Positions 36,491 through 45,940 of a DNA stretch of 64,000 nt are shown here, piece after piece (position 1 is the stretch's first letter; every line of letters starts with the position of its first letter). A model generated the notes under the pieces. The model searched no databases. It was not told the origin of the DNA and worked only from the letters and a program-made list of their open reading frames with translations. The translations under genes were made by a program, and so were the position numbers. Source of the DNA: Escherichia phage I29; the sequence record ON286975. The stretch is one strand, 5' to 3'.

Positions 36491-36746
36491 TCTTGCTAAA
36501 CCTGTAGAAGCACATCAGTTTGACGGAAGCTCTTCATCAGTATCTGATCTGCAACGGTGGATTGATACAGGTGTGTTTACATCGTCACCTGTTCGGACCA
36601 GAGATCTTCGTCGCATGTGTGAGCTTGTCGAGCCTTTTGGTAACCTTGTCTTGTACCAGGGAGATTGGCTAGTTGACTTTATGGGAGACTGGTTGGTAAT
36701 GAGTAAAGAAGAGATGTTTAAAATTTTTAAGGAAGAGGCCGAGTAA
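36477..36746 (+). CDS. hypothetical protein
   Basis: 89-aa ORF overlapping neighbours at both ends. Confidence 0.4.
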   Translation: MPLFNLAKPVEAHQFDGSSSSVSDLQRWIDTGVFTSSPVRTRDLRRMCELVEPFGNLVLYQGDWLVDFMGDWLVMSKEEMFKIFKEEAE

Positions 36747-38029
36747 TGCATCAGATCAAAACAACACTGTACGCACTGAATAAAGATGGCAGCTACCAAC
36801 AGTGGAAAGTATTCACGGATGGTGATAAGGTTATCGTAGAGTTTGGCAAGCTTGATGGTAAACTGCAGTACAAAGAGACGGTATGCACACCTAAGAACGT
36901 AGGTCGTGCCAACGAGACTACAGCTGAGCAACAGGCCGAGCTTGAGGCTATCAGCAAGTGGGAAAAACAAGTCCGTCTGGGGTATGTTGAAAACATGGAA
37001 GATTGCGAGCAGGGTGTTGATCTTTTACCCATGCTGGTGCATGACTACCTGAAGCGTGGCAAGGCACTTAAATTACCTTGCTGGATCTTGCGTAAGTTAG
37101 ATGGCCTTCGTCTGCTTGTTGTTTTCCAAAATGGTGAGCCTAAATTTATTTCCCGTGGTAATAAGTCCTACCCTATTCAAGGAAAGCTTTTAGAGCAACT
37201 TCGTTCTTTCCATTCTACCACTGGGATTAAACAACTTGATGGGGAACTATACATTCATGGTCTTCCTTTGCAGAAAATAGTGTCTCTTGCTAAACGGTGG
37301 CGCACACAGGAAGAGATTCAGGCCGAGATCGATAAAGACTATGAGGCAGATAAAAAACGCCGTCATGCAGCAATTAAGGCAGGTTTATCAACATACAAAA
37401 ACTTCAACAAGGTAGATATTCCTGTCGATGTTGAGCCTGTTCGTGATGATTTGCGTTACGGTGGGTACTGTAGCTACGATCTGGAGTATCACATTTTTGA
37501 TATTCCTAGCGACAAGGTGTGGTGGGATCCAGAAACAGAGTCTGGACGCTGCAAGGATCTTATGGATGCAGAGGATACCGTTACCACTCTGATGCTTGAC
37601 CATATCAAGGTTGTTGACGCAGAGCTTGCGTACACAGTTGATCATTGCGAAGAATCTGTTGGTATATTCATGTCCGAAGGATATGAAGGTACTATCATGC
37701 GTAATTTCTGCGGTAAATACGAGTACGGTCAGCGAACATCTGAAGCATTGAAATGGAAAAAGTTCAACGACGCAGAGGTGAAAGTTATTGACGTTGAGAA
37801 AGATAAGAATGATGAAGGTGTTCTTATCTGTGTTGACAAGGAAGGTGTTATTGTTAAAATGAAGATGAAAGGCACGCACGAGGAGCGTAGCTATGACAGG
37901 ATGCAGGAAATGATCGGCAAGTTTGTCACCTTCAAATATCAATCAAGGACAGAAGACAACAACTACCAATTCCCTGTCGGTATCTGCGTCCGAAATGTTG
38001 ACCCAGACACTTGGGAGGTTCTGGAATGA
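36746..38029 (+). CDS. ATP-dependent DNA ligase
   Basis: 427 aa; motif I KLDGLR (KxDGxR) at about residue 118. Confidence 0.65.
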   Translation: MHQIKTTLYALNKDGSYQQWKVFTDGDKVIVEFGKLDGKLQYKETVCTPKNVGRANETTAEQQAELEAISKWEKQVRLGYVENMEDCEQGVDLLPMLVHDYLKRGKALKLPCWILRKLDGLRLLVVFQNGEPKFISRGNKSYPIQGKLLEQLRSFHSTTGIKQLDGELYIHGLPLQKIVSLAKRWRTQEEIQAEIDKDYEADKKRRHAAIKAGLSTYKNFNKVDIPVDVEPVRDDLRYGGYCSYDLEYHIFDIPSDKVWWDPETESGRCKDLMDAEDTVTTLMLDHIKVVDAELAYTVDHCEESVGIFMSEGYEGTIMRNFCGKYEYGQRTSEALKWKKFNDAEVKVIDVEKDKNDEGVLICVDKEGVIVKMKMKGTHEERSYDRMQEMIGKFVTFKYQSRTEDNNYQFPVGICVRNVDPDTWEVLE

Positions 38030-38153
38030 TGTAGGAAGGTTTAGTAGGTAACGGTAGCCAATCGAATGATGGTTTTTCAATTGGCACCTACATAACCACA
38101 CTGTGTAGTGTTGTTGATCTGGTTAGTTATGAGTAAACTGGAGAGTATGAAAA

Positions 38154-38624
38154 ATGAAACTTGATAAAAATGTTCAACGAAAAGCTTTCTTGGATATGAT
38201 CGCATATTCAGAAGGCACAGATAATGGTAGACAACCCACCAAGGATCGGGGCTATGATGTCATAGTTGGTGGCAAGCTGTTTAGCGATTACAGCAAGCAT
38301 CCAGGTGTGTACGTTAAGCTAAATGCTAAACTTACCTCCTCCGCTGCTGGGCGTTACCAGGTTTTGGAGAAGTTTGCTAAACACTACATGGAACAGTTAG
38401 GATTGCCAGATTTTGGCCCTGCCAGTCAGGACAAGATTGCGTTGCAACTGATCCGTGAGTGCAAGGCTCTCGCCGACATTGACGAAGGGCGTATCCACGA
38501 GGCTATCCATAAATGCCGTTCCCGCTGGGCTTCGTTACCTGGTGCTGGATATGGTCAGCATGAACAGAAGATTGAGAAGTTGATCGAGGTGTTTAAAAAG
38601 GCAGGCGGTGTTGTCCTTGATTGA
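38154..38624 (+). CDS. endolysin, lambda R-like lytic transglycosylase
   Basis: 156 aa; near-colinear similarity to lambda R as recalled: QRKAFLDMIAYSEGTDNGRQ ... GYDVIVGG ... AAGRYQ ... WASLPGAGYGQHEQ. Confidence 0.85.
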   Translation: MKLDKNVQRKAFLDMIAYSEGTDNGRQPTKDRGYDVIVGGKLFSDYSKHPGVYVKLNAKLTSSAAGRYQVLEKFAKHYMEQLGLPDFGPASQDKIALQLIRECKALADIDEGRIHEAIHKCRSRWASLPGAGYGQHEQKIEKLIEVFKKAGGVVLD

Positions 38625-38687
38625 TCATTGACATAACCACACGGACGTGGTATTGTTGCCTCATAGAATGTTCGAAAGGGTTTAACC

Positions 38688-38894
38688 ATGAAAGATTTTC
38701 TGTTGGCAATTTTGTTCATGGCAGCATGTCTGGCCTGTGGTGTCGTGTTTGCAGGTGAAACAGCGTATCTTGTCGATGTATATCGGGACAATGGTAAACG
38801 TATTTGCCTTTATGAGACAAGCCAAGGTGAGCTCTACGAGCTTGTGAAACAAGGCGAGGCTGGATCTTGTCCTCGCACCCATTTCTTTGAATGA
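38688..38894 (+). CDS. small secreted/membrane protein (signal peptide, Cys-containing)
   Basis: 68 aa; hydrophobic N-terminus FLLAILFMAACLACGVVFAG; immediately downstream of endolysin. Confidence 0.4.
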   Translation: MKDFLLAILFMAACLACGVVFAGETAYLVDVYRDNGKRICLYETSQGELYELVKQGEAGSCPRTHFFE

Positions 38895-38903
38895 GGAGAA
38901 TAC

Positions 38904-39368
38904 GTGGAAGACGGACGTTTAATGAAGTCTGAACGCAGGCTTATTGTGCAACTGATCCCAGAAACAGCTTGGTATAATAACCTACGAAACGCTGTGAAGA
39001 AGAGTGAGTGGGATAAGATCCGTAAGAAGTGCTACAGAGAAGCCAACTACACTTGTGAGGTGTGCGGAGGTAAAGGCAGCAAACATCCAGTGGAGTGTCA
39101 TGAACTTTACACTTTCGAAGAGGGAGTGATCCGGCTTGTCGGACTGATAGCGTTGTGCCCAGATTGTCACACATCTGTGCATCCTGGGTTAGCAAATATC
39201 CGTGGAAAGTATGCTCAGGCAGTTAATCAGTTGGCTAAGGTGAATAAGATCACCAAGGGTATGGCAGAGGCCTATTACCGAGACTGCTTTGCAGAGTGGC
39301 GTGAGCTTAGTAAAGTTCCAGAATGGAAGACTGACTTTTCGTGGATAGAAGGTTACCTTGATGGCTAA
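38904..39368 (+). CDS. HNH-like zinc-binding nuclease (putative)
   Basis: 154 aa; CEVCGG ... ECHE ... CPDCH...VH Cys/His pattern. Confidence 0.45.
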   Translation: MEDGRLMKSERRLIVQLIPETAWYNNLRNAVKKSEWDKIRKKCYREANYTCEVCGGKGSKHPVECHELYTFEEGVIRLVGLIALCPDCHTSVHPGLANIRGKYAQAVNQLAKVNKITKGMAEAYYRDCFAEWRELSKVPEWKTDFSWIEGYLDG

Positions 39369-39651
39369 GAAACCTGCAAAAGAGAAATTTGATAAGACAG
39401 CTTTTGTATTCGATACACCTCTGGACGATATCATCAGAGGTATGCAAGCCTTGTATCGGAAGTCTGAATCTGAGCAGTTGTCGGAATCAGAGCTTTACTG
39501 GTTGGGTTGGTGGGAGCTTAATCTACCTAAAGCTGAAAGCTCTGATCTAAAAACCGTTAAAACGTGTGCCCAAGAAAATGCTGCACTTGGAATTTACCAC
39601 AAAAGAAAAAGATCAACAAAAAGCTCTCCAAGAAAGACTAAAAAGTCTTGA
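39358..39651 (+). CDS. hypothetical protein
   Basis: 97-aa ORF, basic C-terminus. Confidence 0.35.
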   Translation: MMAKKPAKEKFDKTAFVFDTPLDDIIRGMQALYRKSESEQLSESELYWLGWWELNLPKAESSDLKTVKTCAQENAALGIYHKRKRSTKSSPRKTKKS

Positions 39652-39677
39652 CAAATGAGTCTCTGATCTGATATTAT
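39648..39677 (+). promoter_or_regulatory. sigma70-like promoter (TTGACA-18-TATTAT)
   Basis: TTGACA at 39648-39653, TATTAT at 39672-39677; downstream AGGAGAACTAGGT-ATG start of 39711 gene. Confidence 0.5.
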
Positions 39678-39710
39678 CAGTTAACTATTTATTAACTAGG
39701 AGAACTAGGT

Positions 39711-40019
39711 ATGCTTAAAATTTTTATTGTTGAAGATAAAGATATCGTCCAGTTGTATGCAAATGAGAATCACAAAGGTATGATTCTGAAGAAGGCAAGC
39801 AACCTTCATGAAAACACAATTCAACCTGGCGATGTAATTAAGATCTGTGGCTATCTGATACCAGACTCCTTGATGAAAATAACCCACCACTGGGGGTCTA
39901 ATCCGTTCCTTTTTGAAAAGTATTGGGATGTTGAGTCACTTATTGCAGAAAGTGATGATGCATTTCATTACAGCATCCAACCATCTTGCAGAGTAACTAA
40001 CAGGAGGGGCTTTGAGTAG
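39711..40019 (+). CDS. hypothetical protein
   Basis: 102-aa ORF with RBS. Confidence 0.4.
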   Translation: MLKIFIVEDKDIVQLYANENHKGMILKKASNLHENTIQPGDVIKICGYLIPDSLMKITHHWGSNPFLFEKYWDVESLIAESDDAFHYSIQPSCRVTNRRGFE

Positions 40020-41151
40020 AGAATATCCACTTATTGAATCTGTAGATTGTCTTGCTGATCTTCTCGAACCTGACGCTATAGTTTATTATGACTTCGACCA
40101 GGTTGCATATCAAGCTGCGGCAAGTTGTGAAAAAAGGACAATTGAGGTAACACACAAAGCCTCCGGACGCAAGAAGATGTTTAAAACACGAACAGAGTTC
40201 TGGGGGCGGCAGAAGAACACCGTTGGTGGTTGGTTAAAAGCTGAGAATACCAACCGTGAAGCCGCATGTAAAAAGGCTGGAAAGGAGTTTATTCCGTGGA
40301 CACGCGAAGATTTCGATGTCTTGGATATCCAAACCCCTGATCCTGTAGAGAACTGCTTACACACAATTAAGTGTAAAGCTAATGCAGTTCTTAACTATCT
40401 AGGTATTCCGGAAGAGCGATGTGTCGGGGTGTTGGGAGGCACAGGTAACTTCAGACTAGATCTTCCAATGCCGGAAAGATACAAGGCCAACCGTAACAAT
40501 ACTCTTCGACCACTGCTGCTTGGAGATGCAAGACAGTATCTACAAAAGCAGTATAATGCTCAAGTGATCAACGGTATCGAGGCTGACGACTGGTTAGCTA
40601 TTCAGCAATTTGAAGGTTGGAACCACTACCAAAAAACAGGTAAGTTCAACAAGTTTATTATCTCTATTGATAAGGACCAAAGAACACTACCTGGGCTTGT
40701 GTTCGATCCCATGCGAAACGATAAGGGGGATTTTGTAAGGGAAACCCCTATGCTGATCGATAACGGTATGGGGAACATCTTCATGAAGCCTAATGGAGAG
40801 GTTGGTGGTTACGGAATGCTGTTCTTCGGATACCAAATGCTGTGTGGTGACTCTGCTGACAACATTAAGCCGTATCAAGGACTTATCGGTAAGGGTAAGT
40901 TCGGGGATGCCTCAGCATTCTACCTACTGTCTCAGTGCAGCACTCCAAAGGAGATGTGGGTGGCTATTATTGATCAGTACAAGAAGTGGTTCCCGAAAGG
41001 TGTTGTTAAGTATACTGACTTCAATGGTGTTGATCGTAGAATTTCCGTAGGTCAATGGATGAGTATAATTTTTGACTGTTTGTATATGAAGCGAACATTC
41101 AATGATCAAACAAAACTTGTTAACGTTCTTAGAAATGTTGGAGCAATTTGA
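40012..41151 (+). CDS. 5'-3' exonuclease / flap endonuclease (RNase H-like, FEN family)
   Basis: 379 aa; H3TH-type motif LCGDSADNIKPYQGL. Confidence 0.6.
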   Translation: MSREYPLIESVDCLADLLEPDAIVYYDFDQVAYQAAASCEKRTIEVTHKASGRKKMFKTRTEFWGRQKNTVGGWLKAENTNREAACKKAGKEFIPWTREDFDVLDIQTPDPVENCLHTIKCKANAVLNYLGIPEERCVGVLGGTGNFRLDLPMPERYKANRNNTLRPLLLGDARQYLQKQYNAQVINGIEADDWLAIQQFEGWNHYQKTGKFNKFIISIDKDQRTLPGLVFDPMRNDKGDFVRETPMLIDNGMGNIFMKPNGEVGGYGMLFFGYQMLCGDSADNIKPYQGLIGKGKFGDASAFYLLSQCSTPKEMWVAIIDQYKKWFPKGVVKYTDFNGVDRRISVGQWMSIIFDCLYMKRTFNDQTKLVNVLRNVGAI

Positions 41152-41483
41152 TGACTAAAAATTCTGTAGATAATGCAATTATGGAAGCTGTTTTTGAGGA
41201 TGATCATACAACAGGGACCATTAAAACAAAAAATACATTTATTGTTGCCACAGGTATGTGGCGGTTGTATGAAGATGACACTATTTCATACATCCTGTAC
41301 ACGGATGATTACGCAGATGACCGTGTATGGTCTGCTGTTTTAAAAGAGGATTGTGAGCTGATTGAGGGCGAGCGGTTATGCATGTTCACCAGTGTGGAAA
41401 CAGATGTTAAGCTTTGCTCTCTCGTCCTGTTCAAAGATAAGGCTTATGCTCCTGATGAAGGAGAGGAGGATGAGGAAGCATGA
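41148..41483 (+). CDS. hypothetical acidic protein
   Basis: 111-aa ORF, Glu/Asp-rich C-terminus. Confidence 0.4.
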   Translation: MMTKNSVDNAIMEAVFEDDHTTGTIKTKNTFIVATGMWRLYEDDTISYILYTDDYADDRVWSAVLKEDCELIEGERLCMFTSVETDVKLCSLVLFKDKAYAPDEGEEDEEA

Positions 41484-42109
41484 GAGAGCGTCTATTATCC
41501 ATAGACCAGTCGTTGACACACACAGCTTGCGTTGTATGGGACGATGGAAAGCCTGTTCACAAGGTTGTGTTACGAACTCAAAGCTCATCTGCAAAAGAGA
41601 AGAAACCAGGGACGGTTTCTTTTGCAACAGCTGCTGAGCGTATTGACTGGATCTGCAAACAGGTCAGATATTATATCCACACGCACCACGTTGACACCGT
41701 GGTTATGGAAGGGCTTTCCTTTGGATCACGCGGGGATGCCACACGTGAACTGGCTGGGTTGTTTTACGGTCTCGAAGTTATGCTTTGGGATGCTTTAGCT
41801 GATTGTGAAAATGACGGCCTGTTTAAGGTTCACACAGTGACACCAACAACTGCCAAAAAGTTTGCTCGTAGTCATCTTCCTGAGGAACTTGCTTTTGAGG
41901 AGAAGAAAAAGCTTGACAAAAGGACAGGTAAAGAGCATACTGTGAAGAAACCTGTTACGATGGATAAAAAGTTGATGGTTAAGGCCTGCGAAGTATCTGA
42001 ACCTGGGTTCCTAGATGGGATCAATTTGGTACAAGGTAAGGCCGATCTTGCAGATGCTTATTGGATAGGCAGGGCGCATCTGGAGGGATTATCGCAAAGC
42101 GTAAAATAA
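41480..42109 (+). CDS. RuvC-like Holliday junction resolvase (putative)
   Basis: 209 aa; N-terminal LSIDQSLTHTACVVWDDG and C-terminal DAYWIGRA resemble RuvC-fold catalytic segments (inference). Confidence 0.5.
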   Translation: MRERLLSIDQSLTHTACVVWDDGKPVHKVVLRTQSSSAKEKKPGTVSFATAAERIDWICKQVRYYIHTHHVDTVVMEGLSFGSRGDATRELAGLFYGLEVMLWDALADCENDGLFKVHTVTPTTAKKFARSHLPEELAFEEKKKLDKRTGKEHTVKKPVTMDKKLMVKACEVSEPGFLDGINLVQGKADLADAYWIGRAHLEGLSQSVK

Positions 42110-42666
42110 GAAAGAAAGCTGTCAAAGCTCCCGTTCATAACGGGTGGTTAAAAGATTCTAAGGACATAGCCAACTTTCGAAAAGAATTGTCAGAGGAGCA
42201 GGATGGTCTTGATCCAATCTTGTGCGAGCCACTTCGTAAGCCTTGTTTAGATCATGATCATCTGACTGGTCGTTGCAGGGGTGTTTTGTCTCAATGCACT
42301 AATACCTTTGAGGGGTATGTGCTTAAATACTGGATGAAATACTGTAACGAGTATACAGATTGCAGTTTATCAGAGGCGTTGCGCCGGATGGCTGACTATT
42401 TGGAGAAAGACTACAGCGACTTCCCGCTCCACAAAAACTACAGAGATGATATGACAAAGTTCTTGAGGAGATGCTCTAAAGCTACGATCATTGCACGAGC
42501 AGAATCAGATCTCAATCTTGTCATTAATCCGGAGTGCACCAAGCATGAGGCTATTGAGTTCTACATGCAGGAGTTTATAAAGAAAACTGAGGAGAGAGAT
42601 TTCTATGGGGATGAAAAAGGTATTCAATCCTTGCGACTCAGTCCTGATCAGGATGAAATACCGTAA
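42061..42666 (+). CDS. endonuclease VII-like (T4 gp49 family) HNH nuclease
   Basis: 201 aa; CLDHDHLTGRCRGVLSQCTN matches the DHDHxTGxxRGxLCxxCN signature. Track start is TTG and overlaps the RuvC-like gene by 49 nt, so the true start is uncertain. Confidence 0.6.
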   Translation: MDRQGASGGIIAKRKIRKKAVKAPVHNGWLKDSKDIANFRKELSEEQDGLDPILCEPLRKPCLDHDHLTGRCRGVLSQCTNTFEGYVLKYWMKYCNEYTDCSLSEALRRMADYLEKDYSDFPLHKNYRDDMTKFLRRCSKATIIARAESDLNLVINPECTKHEAIEFYMQEFIKKTEERDFYGDEKGIQSLRLSPDQDEIP

Positions 42667-42826
42667 CTGGAAAGGTGTTGTTGCAGATCGCTGCGTTACT
42701 GAGCCTAATTTATGGTTTGGCTCTACAGAGTATCATAAAGAAGAGCAGTGGTTGATGCGTGCCTTCGATGTAGACAAGGGCGAATATCGTGACTTCGCTT
42801 TAAAAGACATTCTTCAGTTTTACTAA
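42605..42826 (+). CDS. hypothetical protein (start uncertain)
   Basis: 73-aa ORF overlapping the endonuclease VII-like gene; internal ATG at 42653 is an alternative start. Confidence 0.3.
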   Translation: MGMKKVFNPCDSVLIRMKYRNWKGVVADRCVTEPNLWFGSTEYHKEEQWLMRAFDVDKGEYRDFALKDILQFY

Positions 42827-42838
42827 GGAATCTTAACG

Positions 42839-43822
42839 ATGATGACAAAGTTAACTCTTGAGCAAATTTTAACACTAAAGCAACAGGGATACACTAATAG
42901 ACAAATTGCTCGTGAATTTTTAGGCCGTGAGTCACGTGAGAGCTGGATCCGACTACAGCTTAAACGTGCACAAGAGAATATGTCAGAGATTGTAGGAGAA
43001 GCAACGGAGCGCTTCCTTGAAGAGCACAAAGGCGCTAAAGTTTGGGTGTATGATACAGAGACATCCCCAACAAACGGCTGGTTCTTTGGGCACTATAAGA
43101 CCAACATTCAAACCTGTGGTATTGAAGTTATGCCTTATATGCTAACTTTCGCAGGTAAGTGGTTAGACAGCCCTAGTGTGGTTGACTGCGCTCTTCCCGA
43201 TTACAAAATGTGGGATGAGGATATTCACAATGATCTCGAATTGATTCAGGATTTGTGGTATTATCTGGATAAATGCGATGTCGCAGTAGCCCACAATTCA
43301 GGTTTTGACTGCGGGTGGGCCAACCAACGATTTGCATTTCACGGGTTGCCTCCAACAAGCCCCTACAAAGAGGTTGACACCCTTAAAATGATCAAGAAGG
43401 CATTCCGTTTGAATGCAAACACTTTGGAGTATGCATGCAAATACTTCCAACTGGCCAGACAGAAACTGATTGATCACACATTTGAAATGTGGATCAAGTG
43501 TGTCCATGGCGATCTTGAGGCATTTAAACAGATGCGGGAGTATAATGTTGGTGATATCCTGTCTCTGGAAGGACTGTATTTGCTGGCTCGCCCGTTTGCT
43601 AAGCAGCACCCAAACATGTCATTGTACTACCAGGACGAGGAGCCAAAGGTTCGTTGCCCACGCTGTGGTGGAGAACACCTTCACGAGGAAGAAGCTTTGG
43701 CATATACTCAGCTGAGTGCATTTAAAACATACCGCTGCGAAGGTTGTGGATCTGTTGTTCGTGACCGTAACAACATCCGTACCAGAGAAGAAATGAAAAA
43801 CACCCTGATTCAGATAATCTAA
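42839..43822 (+). CDS. DEDDh-type 3'-5' exonuclease (DnaQ-like) with N-terminal HTH-like segment
   Basis: 327 aa; Exo I VWVYDTETS, Exo II AHNSGFDCGW, Exo III YNVGDI; C-terminal CxxC...CxxC. Confidence 0.65.
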   Translation: MMTKLTLEQILTLKQQGYTNRQIAREFLGRESRESWIRLQLKRAQENMSEIVGEATERFLEEHKGAKVWVYDTETSPTNGWFFGHYKTNIQTCGIEVMPYMLTFAGKWLDSPSVVDCALPDYKMWDEDIHNDLELIQDLWYYLDKCDVAVAHNSGFDCGWANQRFAFHGLPPTSPYKEVDTLKMIKKAFRLNANTLEYACKYFQLARQKLIDHTFEMWIKCVHGDLEAFKQMREYNVGDILSLEGLYLLARPFAKQHPNMSLYYQDEEPKVRCPRCGGEHLHEEEALAYTQLSAFKTYRCEGCGSVVRDRNNIRTREEMKNTLIQII

Positions 43823-43837
43823 CAATTATAGGGAGGC

Positions 43838-44686
43838 TTGCGCCTCCCTTTTCCTTTTGGAGGCACTTTGAGCAAGAAAGAGTCCAACGACAAATATTAC
43901 ACAAACCCTGAGTATGCAGAATATCTTGTTGGTAAAGTAAAAGATAAGTATGGAAATTGTGCATACGTTGAGCCTTCTGCTGGAAGAGGTTCTTTTTCAA
44001 AACTATTTTCAGAGATACTGTCGTACGATTTAGTACCAGATCCTGAATTTGAAGGGCCAACACCGTGCATTCAGGCAAACTTCTTGGAGGTGCACCCCAA
44101 GGCAGATGTCTTCATAGGTAACCCACCATTTGGCAAGAATTCATCTTTAGCTTGCAAATTCTTCAACCATTGTGCATCATTGCTAGAGCTTGGAGGGGCC
44201 ATAGCCTTCATCTTGCCACGGACATTTGAAAAAATATTTTTTGCAAACAAATTGGACATGTCGATGCACCTTGTCTACAGCGAAAGGTGCCCTAAGAATT
44301 CGTTTTTACTTAATGGCAAACCTTATGACGTGCCGTGTGTTTTCCAAATTTGGGAGAAAAAGGCGTGTAATAGGGATCCTGTAGAGATTGGAGAGAATAA
44401 GTTATTTTCTTTTAGCACTCCAGATGACTACGACTTCTGTGTAAGACGTGTTGGGTATAATGCTGGAAAAGTATTGGGGGATGATGACCCAAAATCTGAA
44501 GAATCGACATATTTCATAAAATCTTTAGTTGACGGTGTTGACAGAGTGTTTTCTGAATGCTATTCTTCTTTTCAAGAAGAAGCAGGTAAGACTGCCGGAA
44601 TGAAGAGTATAGGCAAGAAAGAACTACAATACATTTTGGAGACCAGGTATGATCAAAAGCATAGACTTGACCAAAGAACTCACTGA
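43838..44686 (+). CDS. DNA amino-methyltransferase (N6-adenine or N4-cytosine), orphan
   Basis: 282 aa; motif I VEPSAGRGSF and motif IV GNPPFG. Confidence 0.7.
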   Translation: MRLPFPFGGTLSKKESNDKYYTNPEYAEYLVGKVKDKYGNCAYVEPSAGRGSFSKLFSEILSYDLVPDPEFEGPTPCIQANFLEVHPKADVFIGNPPFGKNSSLACKFFNHCASLLELGGAIAFILPRTFEKIFFANKLDMSMHLVYSERCPKNSFLLNGKPYDVPCVFQIWEKKACNRDPVEIGENKLFSFSTPDDYDFCVRRVGYNAGKVLGDDDPKSEESTYFIKSLVDGVDRVFSECYSSFQEEAGKTAGMKSIGKKELQYILETRYDQKHRLDQRTH

Positions 44687-45107
44687 TGCGAAAGCTTTTG
44701 GTGAGACAGCGGTACAAAGGGGGCAGGCAATGGGACTGGCACTACCTTTCGTCTTAAAAGAGCACTTTACAGATTTTCAACTTATCAAGGGCGATAAGGG
44801 AATGCTTATCCTGGAGCATAAGTTGAGTAAGAAACGCTATAAAGTTGTTTTTAATTCTAAAGCTCCAACAAAACTGGGATTCAGAACTTACAATCTTAAC
44901 CCATCCTACACTAAGGGTGTTGGAAGGGTAGAACAACAGCATTTCAGTGCCAGAGCTTCTTTAGCCCCTTTGATGCTAAATTTCTCAGGGGTGGCTTTAG
45001 GATACCTTGATAAGAAAAGAGTTCTTCATGTCCGTTTCACAGACTTTGTAACGCTTTTAGCTAACAACGAGGTTGATGAAAAGGGACGTGTAAAAACAAA
45101 CTTCTAA
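44649..45107 (+). CDS. hypothetical protein (start uncertain)
   Basis: 152-aa ORF overlapping methyltransferase end by 38 nt. Confidence 0.35.
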   Translation: MIKSIDLTKELTDAKAFGETAVQRGQAMGLALPFVLKEHFTDFQLIKGDKGMLILEHKLSKKRYKVVFNSKAPTKLGFRTYNLNPSYTKGVGRVEQQHFSARASLAPLMLNFSGVALGYLDKKRVLHVRFTDFVTLLANNEVDEKGRVKTNF

Positions 45108-45122
45108 TAACGCATAATATGA

Positions 45123-45326
45123 TTGGAGACCACAATGACACTAAAGTTAACAATTCCAGACAGCTTTTCAGAAAACTTTATCCCAGAAATGATGAGTAAG
45201 ATGCGATCATTGCTTGATCAGATTGAGGAGGCTGTTTGGGAAGACGATGCTGTAGTGGCTAACGAGCTGGTAGATAAGTGTAAAAGTATTATTGATGCAG
45301 TTGAAGAATACCACGGAGGTTTTTGA
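45123..45326 (+). CDS. hypothetical protein
   Basis: 67-aa acidic ORF. Confidence 0.35.
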   Translation: METTMTLKLTIPDSFSENFIPEMMSKMRSLLDQIEEAVWEDDAVVANELVDKCKSIIDAVEEYHGGF

Positions 45327-45940
45327 TGGATATTATTGTTCTTAACGCCCCACCCAGCAGTGGTAAGGATCACATTGCAGATCTCTTGTTGGAAGCTATT
45401 CCTAACTCACACCACCGTGAGGTTAAGGAGATGCTCTTCAGTGTGGCAATTAAGGCAGCTGGTGTAACTCCTCAACTCTGGAATGCCCTTTATGACCGCC
45501 ACTACAAAGAAGAGCCTTGCCCTTTCTTAATGATAGACGGCAAGCATGTTTCTCCGCGAGAATGGATGATCCATTGTAGTGAAAATCTGATTAAACCTAT
45601 CTTTGGTGAAGATGCTTTCGGTAAAGCCGCAGTCACATCTTTGAAGAAAGATTTCCCTGAAGGTAAAGGGGTTATTGTTTACTCCGATGGGGGATTCAAA
45701 GAGGAGCTGGCATGCCTTAGTGAGTACGCATACAGTACAGGTGGAGATCTGTTGTTGTTCCGTATTCACCGTGTAGGATATGACTGGGGAAATGATTCCA
45801 GAACCTACCTAAGTCTGGAAAAGAACGGAATAAAAGGGGTTGAGTTTGATGTTGTAAACCCTGAAGGTGCACCTTGGGAGTGTGCATCGGAGATTGTGTG
45901 CAAGTATATTGATGCTAAAGAGGCCCAAGAAGAATGTTAA
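45323..45940 (+). CDS. deoxynucleoside monophosphate kinase-like P-loop protein
   Basis: 205 aa; N-terminal IIVLNAPPSSGKDH resembles the phage dNMP kinase P-loop. Confidence 0.45.
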   Translation: MMDIIVLNAPPSSGKDHIADLLLEAIPNSHHREVKEMLFSVAIKAAGVTPQLWNALYDRHYKEEPCPFLMIDGKHVSPREWMIHCSENLIKPIFGEDAFGKAAVTSLKKDFPEGKGVIVYSDGGFKEELACLSEYAYSTGGDLLLFRIHRVGYDWGNDSRTYLSLEKNGIKGVEFDVVNPEGAPWECASEIVCKYIDAKEAQEEC

